The notes beneath the pieces were generated by a model, which ran no database searches, was not told where the DNA came from, and saw only the letters and a program-made list of their open reading frames with translations. Below, one piece after another: positions 24,958-34,984 of a stretch of 64,000 bases of DNA. The position numbers and the translations under genes are program-made. Each line of letters begins with the position of its first letter. Position 1 is the first letter of the stretch. Source of the stretch: Candidatus Firestoneibacteriota bacterium (lineage in GTDB: Bacteria; Oederibacteriota; D2-FULL-39-29); the NCBI GenBank assembly GCA_903928075.1, contig CAIYPD010000096.1:71609-135608 (forward strand), written 5' to 3'.

Positions 24958-27606
24958 ATGAAAAAATTTGTATTATTTCTGCTGCTCGCACAGAACTTTT
25001 TTTCCGCTTCTTACATCTGGTTTGAAGGCGAGAACCCTAAGGAGACCAACTTTCCGGAAAGCAGCTGGTTTGCACCCCAAAACAACGCAGAAAAAGAGGT
25101 CCTCTCCGGCGGCGACTGGCTTACTGCCGACAAAAAAAGAGAAGGGCCGCCCCTCTACGCAAAATACGAAGTCCGGGTGGACGAAGAAAACCTTTACAAT
25201 TTTTGGGTCAGGAAATTTTATACGCATGGGCCCTTCAAATGGCGTTTTGACACCGGGGCCTGGCAGATTTGCGATAAAAATGTGCCTCTGGCCGACAACT
25301 CAGAAATCAGAAAATTTGTCTGCGCCAACTGGGTCTTTCTCGGAAAAACAAACCTCCAAAAAGGCGTCCATTTGCTAGAAATAGAACTCCTTGCGGCCGA
25401 AGGCGAAGAAATGGTCTCAGGTTTTGACTGTTTTATCCTCACCTCTCTTCCTTTTGTGCCAAGCGGCAAGAACAAGCCGGGGGAAAAATCCGGAAAAAAG
25501 ACGCCGGGCTACTTTGCCTTTGAACCGGAACCCGACGAATTTAAAAATTCAGCGCTCCTGGACTTAAGTTTTCTGAACGAGAAGGAGGCCGGCTCGAAAG
25601 GCTTTCTAAAAGCAAAAGGCAGCTCCTTTGTTTTTGAAAAAGAAGATAAGCCGGTGAAGTTCTGGGGCGTGGTCACGGGTGAGAATGCCGTAAGTATGGA
25701 CCGGGATTCAATCAGGTATCTCGCAAAACGCCTCGCAAAACTCGGCATTAACATAGTAAGGGTCCACTCTGCCATCTTTGACAAAGCCGCTGTTAACCCT
25801 GCGCAAATTGAACACGCTTATCTGGATAAACTCCACTTTTTTGTCTCGGCAATGAAAAAAGAAGGCATCTACACCAAGCTCTCTTTCTACTTCCCCCTCT
25901 GGTTCGATATCCAACCCGGCTACGGTCTACCGGGCTACGAGTCCCTTGAAAATAAAAAACCTTTCTCGCTCCTCTTCTTTCACCCCCGGATGCAGGAAAT
26001 TTACCGCGCCTGGGCGAAGGGCCTGCTCTCTACTGTTAATCCTTACACAAAACTTTCCTTTGCCGAAGACCCGGCCATTGCGCTTGTGGAAATTGTCAAC
26101 GAGGATAATTATTTTTTCTGGACTTTTAAGCCCTATGAAATTATCCCCGCAGAATGTATCTCTATTCTGGAGAATAAATACTTTGCGTGGCTGGGACAAA
26201 AATACGGTACCATCGAAAAAGCAAAAGCCGACTGGGGTGCCGGCGCAAAAGTAAAAGGGGATGATTTTGCCAAAGAAAGAGCCGGTTTGTATGATGCCTG
26301 GTTTCTGACTGCCGGGGCTAAGGGCAGAAGATGTGATAAACGCGCCTTTGATCAGGCAGAGTTTCTAACGCTGGAACTCCGCAATTTCTTTGAAAAAACC
26401 CGGGACTGGTTTAAGAACGAACTTAAGGTAAAGTGCCCCATAACCGCCACCAACTGGACAACAGCGGATAACGCCACCCTCGGCGCCCTGGACAAATACG
26501 CGGCTATGGCTTGTGAGGTAATGGACCGGCACGCTTATTTTGATCCGAAACACAAAACCGACCGGGGCTATACTTTAAGTGAGGGCGACACTTTCTCGGA
26601 TATGAGCGTCCTTCTGGATCCGCTGAGTTCTCCGGTGCTGGAACAGGAATATAGCGGCCACCCCAATATAGTTACGGAGATCTGCTGGAATATGCCCAAC
26701 AGATTCAGGACCGAAGGCCCCGTGCTGATGGCAGCCTACGGCTCCCTGCAAGGCACCGACGCCTTTTTCCAATTTGCGCTAAACGGCGCCGAATGGCAGA
26801 ACCAGCTCACGAAATGGGCCTCCTTTACACCGGAAACTTTGGGAGTCTCCCCCGCCTGCGCTCTTATCTTCCGGAACAATTACATCAAAGAAGCCCCTTT
26901 TTCCGCTTCCTACAATTATAATTTGCAGGAACTTTTTTCGCTTAAAGGCAATACGCTTGAGCAAGCGGCAAATACCGATAACCTGCGGTTTATCGAACAA
27001 GGCGGGACGCCAAAGAACGGACCGGCCTTAAATGCTCTTCTGGGGAAGATTGAAGTGGCCATAAATGATAAAGCCGGTTCGACGGTCTTCAATCCCGGGA
27101 ACAAAAATAAAATCGACGCTATTAATAAGCGTATCTCCTCCCTGACCAAAGAGCTAAACTGGGATTATAAAAACGGCCTGGTCAGGATAAACGCCCCCGC
27201 GGCGGAAGGGGCCCTGGGCTTTCTCGCGGCCGCCGGGGAAATTAAACTGAACACCCTCACGGTAGACAGCAAAAATGAATACGGCAGCGTGCTGGCGGTT
27301 GCGCTTGACGGCAAAGCTTTGAATAATTCCGAAAAGCTGCTGGTCCAAATTATGACGGAAGATATGAATACCGGTTGGGAAACAAAAGGCGGAAATACTA
27401 AAAAAATAGTTAAATTGGGCACCGCGCCCATTATAGTTAAAGAATTTTCCGGCTCCGTCTCACTGCAAAACCTGCATGCAAAAACTCTAAAAATTAAAGC
27501 CCTGGATTTTAACGGCTATTTCAAAAATGAACTGCCTTTTTTAGGCGGGGATAAAATAACCTTCAACCTGCTTCCGGATTGTATGTATTACCTTATTGAG
27601 AGATAG
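24958..27606 (+). CDS. Glycoside hydrolase, clan GH-A TIM-barrel type (GH5/GH2/GH42-like), with an N-terminal beta-sandwich domain, secreted.
   Basis: Signal peptide MKKFVLFLLLAQNFFSA. An acid/base-like motif EIVNEDNYF (the NE(P) motif). A nucleophile-like motif NIVTEICWN. RVHSAIFDK. Confidence 0.45.
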   Translation: MKKFVLFLLLAQNFFSASYIWFEGENPKETNFPESSWFAPQNNAEKEVLSGGDWLTADKKREGPPLYAKYEVRVDEENLYNFWVRKFYTHGPFKWRFDTGAWQICDKNVPLADNSEIRKFVCANWVFLGKTNLQKGVHLLEIELLAAEGEEMVSGFDCFILTSLPFVPSGKNKPGEKSGKKTPGYFAFEPEPDEFKNSALLDLSFLNEKEAGSKGFLKAKGSSFVFEKEDKPVKFWGVVTGENAVSMDRDSIRYLAKRLAKLGINIVRVHSAIFDKAAVNPAQIEHAYLDKLHFFVSAMKKEGIYTKLSFYFPLWFDIQPGYGLPGYESLENKKPFSLLFFHPRMQEIYRAWAKGLLSTVNPYTKLSFAEDPAIALVEIVNEDNYFFWTFKPYEIIPAECISILENKYFAWLGQKYGTIEKAKADWGAGAKVKGDDFAKERAGLYDAWFLTAGAKGRRCDKRAFDQAEFLTLELRNFFEKTRDWFKNELKVKCPITATNWTTADNATLGALDKYAAMACEVMDRHAYFDPKHKTDRGYTLSEGDTFSDMSVLLDPLSSPVLEQEYSGHPNIVTEICWNMPNRFRTEGPVLMAAYGSLQGTDAFFQFALNGAEWQNQLTKWASFTPETLGVSPACALIFRNNYIKEAPFSASYNYNLQELFSLKGNTLEQAANTDNLRFIEQGGTPKNGPALNALLGKIEVAINDKAGSTVFNPGNKNKIDAINKRISSLTKELNWDYKNGLVRINAPAAEGALGFLAAAGEIKLNTLTVDSKNEYGSVLAVALDGKALNNSEKLLVQIMTEDMNTGWETKGGNTKKIVKLGTAPIIVKEFSGSVSLQNLHAKTLKIKALDFNGYFKNELPFLGGDKITFNLLPDCMYYLIER

Positions 27607-27643
27607 TAATATTTATTATAATTAGCAGTATCTGCAATTGGTT

Positions 27644-28645
27644 TTATGAAAATAGTTTCGAAAGGATAAGCTGCAGCACAAGCCCTACTAAAAGCAGTCC
27701 GCCGAATTTTTTATTGTGATCAAAGGCAAAAGCCACGAACCACAAAGGCCAGATATCTGTCCTATATCCCTCAGGTTTAGTGTCCGGTAATTCCTTGCTG
27801 TAGGCCTTGAAAAGTCTGTAAAAGTTTTTTAAAGCAAGAAGAGTTATAAGAAGAACAGGATGAAATACGCCCTTTATTACAAGCGCTAAAACAATAAGAT
27901 ACTGCAAAGTCGTCAGAACAATGACCGTTTTTCTCGCCGCGCTTTCTTCGAGAATTACAGGCAGGGTATTTATCCCTTTGAGCTTATCCGCCTCAAGTTT
28001 ATCTATGTGCTTTCCAAAAAGTACCGTAGTCACGCCGAGAGCGTAGGGAAGTCCCGCCAGGACCGTCATCCAGCTCCAGAAGCCCGTAGTCACAAAGTAG
28101 GTGCCGCCTATCATAAGCGGGCCCCAGACCGCCAGGACCGCGAACTCGCCAAGACCGAAGTATTTTAGAGGCCAGGTATAAAAGAGCAGGAAAAAAGCGC
28201 CCATGAGAGTAATAATCAGGGCACCCGGACCGGCGTAGACTATCAAAAAGATACCGCAAAGCAGGGCAATCAAACCTGTGAGGAAAATATATAAAACAAA
28301 GCGCCTGAGGGATAAAAATCCGCTCTCTAAAGGCTGCGGACCGTACTGGGTCCGGTAATAATTGCCTTTGTCCACACCTTTAAGATAATCCACCAGGTCA
28401 TTTAAAAGATTATTAGTGGCATGAGCAAAAACCAGGCCAAAAAAACAGACCGTAAAAGGCAGCCAGTTGAACCTGCCGTCCTGCGCCGCCATAATACCGC
28501 CGATTGCTGCCGAGAGCATAGTCATAACCAGCACGGCAGCCCGGGTGGCTATAAGCCAACGGCTTATTAGATCCAGTTTATCCCATTCCTCCTTTGAAAG
28601 GCGGGGAATAATTCTTATAGCTTTTAGCCACATCTTATAATTCAT
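27644..28645 (-). CDS. UbiA-family prenyltransferase (MenA/UbiA-like).
   Basis: Asp-rich motif NNLLNDLVDYLKGVD. Eight to nine predicted transmembrane helices. Confidence 0.6.
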   Translation of the reverse strand: MNYKMWLKAIRIIPRLSKEEWDKLDLISRWLIATRAAVLVMTMLSAAIGGIMAAQDGRFNWLPFTVCFFGLVFAHATNNLLNDLVDYLKGVDKGNYYRTQYGPQPLESGFLSLRRFVLYIFLTGLIALLCGIFLIVYAGPGALIITLMGAFFLLFYTWPLKYFGLGEFAVLAVWGPLMIGGTYFVTTGFWSWMTVLAGLPYALGVTTVLFGKHIDKLEADKLKGINTLPVILEESAARKTVIVLTTLQYLIVLALVIKGVFHPVLLITLLALKNFYRLFKAYSKELPDTKPEGYRTDIWPLWFVAFAFDHNKKFGGLLLVGLVLQLILSKLFS

Positions 28646-28708
28646 CTTTTCCTTTTACGCGGCACTGTTTGCCGGCGGGCAGAAATTACATTGCAGCAAA
28701 TTCTTAAC

Positions 28709-29680
28709 TTATTTTTTAACCGTTTTTTTAGCCGGAGTTTTCTGCTCGGGCTGGTCTTCTTTGTCAGGCGGCCGGGGAGTCCTTGGCATGGAAATATCAG
28801 GTCCTCCGGAACCTGCCCCCTGATTTGCTGCTTTTAACTTCTCCAGCGCAGAAGCCAGATTTTTCTTGATATCCGCCCGGGGTTCTTCAGTCATCCAGTA
28901 TAGCAGATCAGCTATCCATATATGCCTTAATTTTGGCGCCGGCAATTTATCCAGTTCTTCTGCTAAGACCGCGCGCACCCCGGCATTGGTTTCTTCTTCA
29001 AGCTTGCTGATAAAGAGCGTGACCGCGTCGCCCTGCCCCGCTTTTGCCACCGTAACAATGGCTTTTTTTCTGACTTCAGGATTTTTATCAGAGAGGGCTA
29101 TCATAAGCAGGGTGAGAGTTTCCTTGCCCGGACTTTCCGAAAGCAGTCCCATGGCTCTGTCCTTTACATAGTCTTTTACGCCCGCACTCATGAACTGACC
29201 TAACACAACAAGTATTTCCGGGTCATTTCTGAACCTGCTTTTCTCTAAAATATCCAGATAGGTTTTTGAAAGAACATTTGCGACATCATCCCTTAGCAAA
29301 ATACCCATTCCCATATCCAGAAATAACTGTTTATCGTTAATAGCACCTACAGCTTCAACACAAACTTTCCTGAAATCCACCGAGAGGTCTTTGTTTTTAG
29401 TTATATCTATAAGTACCGGTCCGGCCTCCCTATATCCGAGTTCTCCGAGTTGCCTCATGGCAAAAATACGCATCCTATCTTCTTCTTTGGTGTTTTTAAG
29501 AATAGTCTCCAGCACAGGTCCGACTTCCAAAACTCTGTCTTTTACCATAGACTTTGCGATTATCTGCCTGGCCAGCATACCTTCGCTCCGGTCTTTTAGG
29601 GTAGTCATGCGGGGATCTTCCGCGGACATTAAGACCGGCAGGAGAAAAACGAGGAGCATGAAAAAAACAGATCTTTTCAT
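28709..29680 (-). CDS. Secreted HEAT / PBS-lyase-type repeat protein.
   Basis: Signal peptide MKRSVFFMLLVFLLPVLMSA. Repeated units (e.g. LSDKNPEVRKKAIVTVAKAG, EETNAGVRAVLAEEL) typical of HEAT_2. Confidence 0.45.
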   Translation of the reverse strand: MKRSVFFMLLVFLLPVLMSAEDPRMTTLKDRSEGMLARQIIAKSMVKDRVLEVGPVLETILKNTKEEDRMRIFAMRQLGELGYREAGPVLIDITKNKDLSVDFRKVCVEAVGAINDKQLFLDMGMGILLRDDVANVLSKTYLDILEKSRFRNDPEILVVLGQFMSAGVKDYVKDRAMGLLSESPGKETLTLLMIALSDKNPEVRKKAIVTVAKAGQGDAVTLFISKLEEETNAGVRAVLAEELDKLPAPKLRHIWIADLLYWMTEEPRADIKKNLASALEKLKAANQGAGSGGPDISMPRTPRPPDKEDQPEQKTPAKKTVKK

Positions 29681-29812
29681 TTCTATTCCTCTGGTAAGAG
29701 TGCTTTTAGTTAAGAACGAATTTTCGACTTTAGCGAGACCTGCCAAAACAAAGTTTTGGCGGACACTAATTCAAAAACCACTAAATTATCAAAAACTTTT
29801 TAAGGTATCGTT

Positions 29813-30451
29813 TTACTTATTCATAAAAGGATTGGTCGAAGGGTCATTGTACATTTTAAACTGAAAGTACATCTTGAGCTTTTTGGAGCCGTTTAGCAGG
29901 TCGCGGCGGAGTTCATCAAAACCTTTACCCAGATCTTTTCTCTGCTCCAGTAATTTAGCCAGTTTCTCACTGCATTTTTTCCTGTGAGCAGCATCGGCTT
30001 TTTTATCTTTTCTCTTTGCCTGCCCGGCCATGTGATATATTTTAAGAGAGATTATCGCCAGCCGGTCAACAACACTGCCCGGGGTCTCGGTGTTTATCCC
30101 GGCTTTCTTTTTTACACAAACACCTGAGTCATTAAGCACTTTCAAAAGGAAAGCGTCTATCTCTTCCATCTTGTTGTTCCGCCGTTGATTGGTCACATCT
30201 ATCGCCCTTTTAATATTAGCAATGAGGGAGTCCGAGAAACTCCTGGCGCGGGCCTTGTCTTCCAGGTGCCAGAGGTAAGTATTAATGACCACCGAATCAT
30301 TAACCAGCTTTTCCTGCCCGGCAAAGCGGCCGCTAAGAAGGCAGAGCGCTTCCTCGAGGCTTTTCTTCCCGGCAGCTTTTTCTTTTCTATGCCAGAGCCG
30401 GATAGACGCATCACAGATCTTAATAATTTCCGAAGCTTTAATGAATTTCAT
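29813..30451 (-). CDS. Hypothetical cytoplasmic K/R-rich protein of about 212 aa.
   Basis: ORF with no signal peptide and no recognisable motif. Predicted helical. Confidence 0.35.
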   Translation of the reverse strand: MKFIKASEIIKICDASIRLWHRKEKAAGKKSLEEALCLLSGRFAGQEKLVNDSVVINTYLWHLEDKARARSFSDSLIANIKRAIDVTNQRRNNKMEEIDAFLLKVLNDSGVCVKKKAGINTETPGSVVDRLAIISLKIYHMAGQAKRKDKKADAAHRKKCSEKLAKLLEQRKDLGKGFDELRRDLLNGSKKLKMYFQFKMYNDPSTNPFMNK

Positions 30452-30542
30452 GTTCTAATTTTAACAAAAATTAAAGCTCTTTGCCACCTGTATTTCGCTT
30501 TTTTTCCTTTGCGTTCTTTATCAGCCGTCAGTTGTTAGCCGG

Positions 30543-32594
30543 TTATTTATTAATCCTGATAGTTACGGCACCCTGTTTTTTAGCGTCTTTATATAATACG
30601 GTGGTTCTCTTATTTCCAAAAACAAGTTTTTCTTTATCCACAAAAAAATTTTCGCCGCCCCGGCTGCCCGAGAGAGGCGTCCGGCCCCCGGCATAAATGA
30701 TTCCTCCTCCCCGGCCCGTAAAACTAACACTCCTGCTTTCACTTTCTTCAATTTTTATAGCTACTTCCGGCCGGAGCTCGGCAACAAAAGGTTCAAACTC
30801 CGGAGAATATACAAGAACTTTAAGTTTATTAACGCCTTTTGAGTGCATCAGGGGGAGAATCTTTCTTTCCACCTCATAAGCATCCACCTTTCCTTCAATA
30901 TAGAATGCCGAAGCTGCCTGCCCCTCCGAGACAAAAACGGCCTTTGCGTTTCGCAGGGATAAAACTGTGATTTCGAGCGCCGGAGCCGCCGTAAAAACAT
31001 TAAGCCAGATAAAAAGAGCCAGAGAACCTGTCCCCGCGGCAAGCCAGGCGGGCTTTGTTTCATAATTCTTCTTAAAGTATACCAGATTTAAAACCGCCGA
31101 ATAGTAGAAAATAATAAAAACCAAGCCGGGCGCCGCAACCCTCAGCAGGGAAAAAGAAAAGGAAGAAAAATATTCTACGACTTTAAATATTAAAAAGACC
31201 GAAAGCGAATTGGCGTAACCTATAAGCGCGCCGGCCGGGACAAATAACAGGCCTATAACCGACTGAATAAGTCCCGCCACGGTTGAGAACCAGACAAAAG
31301 GCGCGAGGCAAAGGTTGGCCGGCAAAGTCAGCGTAGAGAAAGAATTAAAATACAGGGCGGAAACGGGAGCCACGAATAACTGAGCGGAGACAGTAACCGC
31401 AATCGCTCCGCAAAACCAGCGGGGCAGAAAAAATAGATATTCTTCCACCCGGGCCGCCAGCAGGACCAGTCCGAGCGTGGATACATAGGAGAGCTGAAAA
31501 CCGATGTCAAACAGGGTATTTGGATCCACAAGCAGCATCAGAAGGGCTGAGAGTGCCAGAAGATTTATAAGATCAGAATCCCGTTCCAGAAGAACCGCCA
31601 GCAGGGCAAATACACAAATCAAGGAAGCGCGTACCACTGAAGGCGAGCAGCCCGTGACAAAACAGAAAACAATCACGAAGACCATGCTGACGCCTGCAGA
31701 GAATTTCCTCTTATATTTAAGAAGGCTCATAATATAGAAAAAGGTGGCCACAACCAGCGCAACATTAAAACCCGAAACCGCGAGAATATGGAAAGTCCCG
31801 GTATCCCGGAACTGTTGTTTCCTTTCCGCGGTAAGCCCGCTATCTTCCCCCAGGAAAATGCCCTGCACCAGGTAAGCCGCTTCCCCGGGAGTCGTTTTAA
31901 GTATAGAAAGCAAAAGCCGGTGCTTGATATTTATTGTAGCGGCAATAAAAATATTCTTACTCCCCTCTCCCAGGTTTTCCAGAATGTCACCTTCCTTCCG
32001 GTCTATTGTGCCAGTCAGAAAGATGCCTTTTCTTTCAAGATACCTTTTGTAGTTGAATTCCCCCGGATTTTTGGGTTCACGCGGCACATGGAAACGGCCA
32101 TAAACAGAGATCCTGTCCCCGTAGTTCAATTGACCATATTCCGGCTGTTCTTTTAAAGTAATTTTTATCAGCCCGGAAGTATCAATTTTTGGCAGGCCCT
32201 TAACCTTAAAGCTCTCTGCCTCCATTAAGAGGTTGGTCGTGCCGCTGCTTCTTACTATCTCGGGGTCAGCAACCAATCTACCGGTCACCCCGGCGCGCGT
32301 CCACCCGAAAGAGTCCTGATAATTTTTTATATGTCCGGCCGGGTAATTATTCATCCAAGAAAAATAAGGTACGGCTAAAAAAAAGAGAGCCACAGTAAAA
32401 AAAACCGGGGAAGCTTTTCTGAAAAGGAGAAAAATCAGAAGTGTAGCAGAAAGGAACGCCAGCGCGGCGTAGGGATGAAAAAGGTTTCTTGAGGCCGCCA
32501 CAATACCGAAAATAAATCCAAGTGCCGCATAAAGCACCGGCCTTTTGTAAAATTCGGCTTCCAATAACTCGAAAACTTCCCCAAGTTTTCCCAT
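30543..32594 (-). CDS. comEC: ComEC/Rec2-family protein (DUF4131 plus competence domain). It lacks the usual C-terminal metallo-beta-lactamase domain.
   Basis: N-terminal transmembrane helices plus an OB-like segment. The competence-domain motif is TGTFHILAVSGFNVALV. Polytopic membrane region. The C-terminal 150 aa have no HxHxDH motif. Confidence 0.6.
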   Translation of the reverse strand: MGKLGEVFELLEAEFYKRPVLYAALGFIFGIVAASRNLFHPYAALAFLSATLLIFLLFRKASPVFFTVALFFLAVPYFSWMNNYPAGHIKNYQDSFGWTRAGVTGRLVADPEIVRSSGTTNLLMEAESFKVKGLPKIDTSGLIKITLKEQPEYGQLNYGDRISVYGRFHVPREPKNPGEFNYKRYLERKGIFLTGTIDRKEGDILENLGEGSKNIFIAATINIKHRLLLSILKTTPGEAAYLVQGIFLGEDSGLTAERKQQFRDTGTFHILAVSGFNVALVVATFFYIMSLLKYKRKFSAGVSMVFVIVFCFVTGCSPSVVRASLICVFALLAVLLERDSDLINLLALSALLMLLVDPNTLFDIGFQLSYVSTLGLVLLAARVEEYLFFLPRWFCGAIAVTVSAQLFVAPVSALYFNSFSTLTLPANLCLAPFVWFSTVAGLIQSVIGLLFVPAGALIGYANSLSVFLIFKVVEYFSSFSFSLLRVAAPGLVFIIFYYSAVLNLVYFKKNYETKPAWLAAGTGSLALFIWLNVFTAAPALEITVLSLRNAKAVFVSEGQAASAFYIEGKVDAYEVERKILPLMHSKGVNKLKVLVYSPEFEPFVAELRPEVAIKIEESESRSVSFTGRGGGIIYAGGRTPLSGSRGGENFFVDKEKLVFGNKRTTVLYKDAKKQGAVTIRINK

Positions 32595-32749
32595 TTCACC
32601 CCGTAAATGCGAATTACTGATTGCTGATTGTTTATTGTTTTATTAGAATTTAGAAATTCTAAATTCTAATAAAACCCAATACGAATTGCTAATTAATAAA
32701 ACTTATGCCAATAGTTTACTATTTATTTACAAGCAATTAGTCCACCTGC

Positions 32750-32775
32750 GGTGAGATCTCGCCTTTAGGCGGACA
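32750..32775. repeat. Partial copy of the intergenic hairpin element (GGTGAGATCTCGCC palindrome plus TTTAGGCGGACAA) in the 3' UTR of apgM.
   Basis: Matches the core of the elements at 47113..47218 and 60410..60532. Confidence 0.4.
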
Positions 32776-32797
32776 ATCAGTAATCAGCAATTGTCTC

Positions 32798-34003
32798 TTA
32801 TGCTCCATATTTTTCCAGCTTGCCTGCATGGCCCAGCATTAAAGGCATGGCATCTATAGAAAGAAACTGGCCCAGGCCTCCCCTCTTACAGGTCCGCTCG
32901 TTAAAGGTCTCAAATTCGTCCGGGATAAGATATTTTGCGGCAAGGCCGAAGGGATTTGGATGCCAGGAATGCCCCTTTAGAACCGCCGGGGTGCTGTGGT
33001 CGCCGGTCACCACTATAACATCAAAACCGAGTTTTTCCAACCGCGGGATCTCAAGGTCGACTTCTTCAATTATTTTTACTTTATTCTCAAAATTACCGTC
33101 CTCGCCGTAAGAGTCGGTTTTTTTAATATGCATATAGAAAAAATCATATTTTGCAAAATTGGCTTCCAGCGTATCAAATTCACTTTTGATAGTATCTCCT
33201 GTCTGTAACAGTTCCATACCCACAAGTGTGGCCAGGCCTTTATACATCGGATAGTTGGCTATACAGGCCGGCTTTATTTTAAATACTTCGCTCATCGAAG
33301 GAATATGCGGGCATTTTGCAATACCTCTAAGCAGGCAGGTATTCGCTTTCGGTTCATTCTTCAGAGTCTCATTTATTTTAATCATCAATTTATTCAGCAC
33401 GGCGGCGGCTTTCTCTGCCTTGGGATTTAAAGCCGTGACAGGATGCGGTTTTAATCCTTCTTTTTGCGGATCTGTTTCTCCGAGGCCGTCTTCCAGTCCG
33501 TCACCTTCAAGAATCACCACAAAACGGTGTTCTTTCCCGTTCTTAAATATTATTTTCACGCCGTCTATTTCCTGTATGGCGGCGGTAAGTTTTGCTACGA
33601 TAGCAATATTGGTTTCTGTCGGAATTCTTCCGGCTCTTCTATCAAGAATGACGCCGTCTTTCATGGTGGCAAAATTAGCCCGGGCCGATATATGTCTGGC
33701 AGTCATATGAAAACCTATGCCCAGCGCTTCAAGAACGCCCCGGCCGATAACATATTCTAGCGGGTCATATCCAAAGAGCCCTAGGTGCGCCGGGCCGCTT
33801 CCCGGAGTGATACCCCGGCCTATCGGATGGGCCAGGCCAAAAACCCCGTTTTTAAGCATCTTATCCATATTCGGCTTTTTTGCCGTTTCCAGCTCGGTCT
33901 TGCCCGTGGAAGGATTTCCCAGGCCGCCGCAGCCGTCCATAACCAGCAAAAGTATTTTTGAAGTTGTCTTAATAGAAAGTGTTTTGATGGTTTCGAGCTT
34001 CAT
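32798..34003 (-). CDS. apgM: 2,3-bisphosphoglycerate-independent phosphoglycerate mutase, archaeal-type (ApgM family).
   Basis: LLLVMDGCGGLG N-terminal motif and VVTGDHSTP motif. About 400 aa. A GGAGGA ribosome-binding site. Confidence 0.7.
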   Translation of the reverse strand: MKLETIKTLSIKTTSKILLLVMDGCGGLGNPSTGKTELETAKKPNMDKMLKNGVFGLAHPIGRGITPGSGPAHLGLFGYDPLEYVIGRGVLEALGIGFHMTARHISARANFATMKDGVILDRRAGRIPTETNIAIVAKLTAAIQEIDGVKIIFKNGKEHRFVVILEGDGLEDGLGETDPQKEGLKPHPVTALNPKAEKAAAVLNKLMIKINETLKNEPKANTCLLRGIAKCPHIPSMSEVFKIKPACIANYPMYKGLATLVGMELLQTGDTIKSEFDTLEANFAKYDFFYMHIKKTDSYGEDGNFENKVKIIEEVDLEIPRLEKLGFDVIVVTGDHSTPAVLKGHSWHPNPFGLAAKYLIPDEFETFNERTCKRGGLGQFLSIDAMPLMLGHAGKLEKYGA

Positions 34004-34105
34004 TTAGTCCTCCAATAGTTTGATTTGACTTCCGCCACAAAGCGTTGGCGGATTTCGCTACTTCGCTCAAGATTACCAATTAAGTGCATTAACAATTACT
34101 GAAAA

Positions 34106-34816
34106 CTATTTCTTTAATTTTTCTTGCGCCGGGAAATTTAGCCGGAATCTTTCTTTAAGTTCGGGGTTTTCAGAATCTGCTATTATTTTATTCGAGAAGT
34201 TTTCGCCGGTGGCGCCCGGATAGCCTATATGCAGGAAGACTCCACGGTCCTTGGAAATATACCCGTTTTTATTGTTGTTGTCATAGAAGGAGAACTCCAG
34301 GGTAATTCTTGCGTCTTTTTTCTCCCAGACAAATAGTTCGTAAGTATATCTAATATTCGTATAGGGCTTATGCACCCGGAGTGCTTTTTTGTAATCCTCT
34401 CCATACCTGGAAATAAATATTTTCAGGTACTCATATTTTTGTTTCTCCAGTTCCTGCGCTTTAAAATGCCTGGAAAAATCAAAAGCCTTAATCCTGCCGT
34501 AAAAATCCGCGGTATAATGCGCTACCTCAAACAGGCCGCCGTCTTTTTTCTTTTCATAATAGCCTTTAACCGGCAGAAGACCCGGAGCCCGGTAGGAAAT
34601 TAGATTTATTTTAAGTTTTCGAAGTTCGGCTGCGGAGATACCCAGATATGCTCCTTTGCCTTCTTCTGGAAGATATTCTGCGGTTGCCGGCCTGGTCCAA
34701 AAGACCGGAAGTTGATAAACTAAAAACGCCACTACACAGACAAGCAATGAGATAAAGAACACTTTTAGCGCAAGTAAAGCTCTTCCCTGCAATCCCTCTT
34801 TTTCTCCGGTTTCCAT
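34106..34816 (-). CDS. Hypothetical membrane-anchored protein.
   Basis: One N-terminal transmembrane helix (LLALKVFFISLLVCVVAFLV). No recognisable domain. Confidence 0.35.
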   Translation of the reverse strand: METGEKEGLQGRALLALKVFFISLLVCVVAFLVYQLPVFWTRPATAEYLPEEGKGAYLGISAAELRKLKINLISYRAPGLLPVKGYYEKKKDGGLFEVAHYTADFYGRIKAFDFSRHFKAQELEKQKYEYLKIFISRYGEDYKKALRVHKPYTNIRYTYELFVWEKKDARITLEFSFYDNNNKNGYISKDRGVFLHIGYPGATGENFSNKIIADSENPELKERFRLNFPAQEKLKK

Positions 34817-34984
34817 TGTATTGCCTCCCGCTTTTCTTATTTCTAACCGATTTTATCATATATTAACTTTTTTTCAAATAGTTATTTCCTTTAGTTCTCT
34901 TGCCAATCCTCCAACCTTCCAAGCCTCCGCTTTCCCCCCTAATTTCTGACTTTGTTTTTTTCGTGTTTTGTGATATTATCAGAT

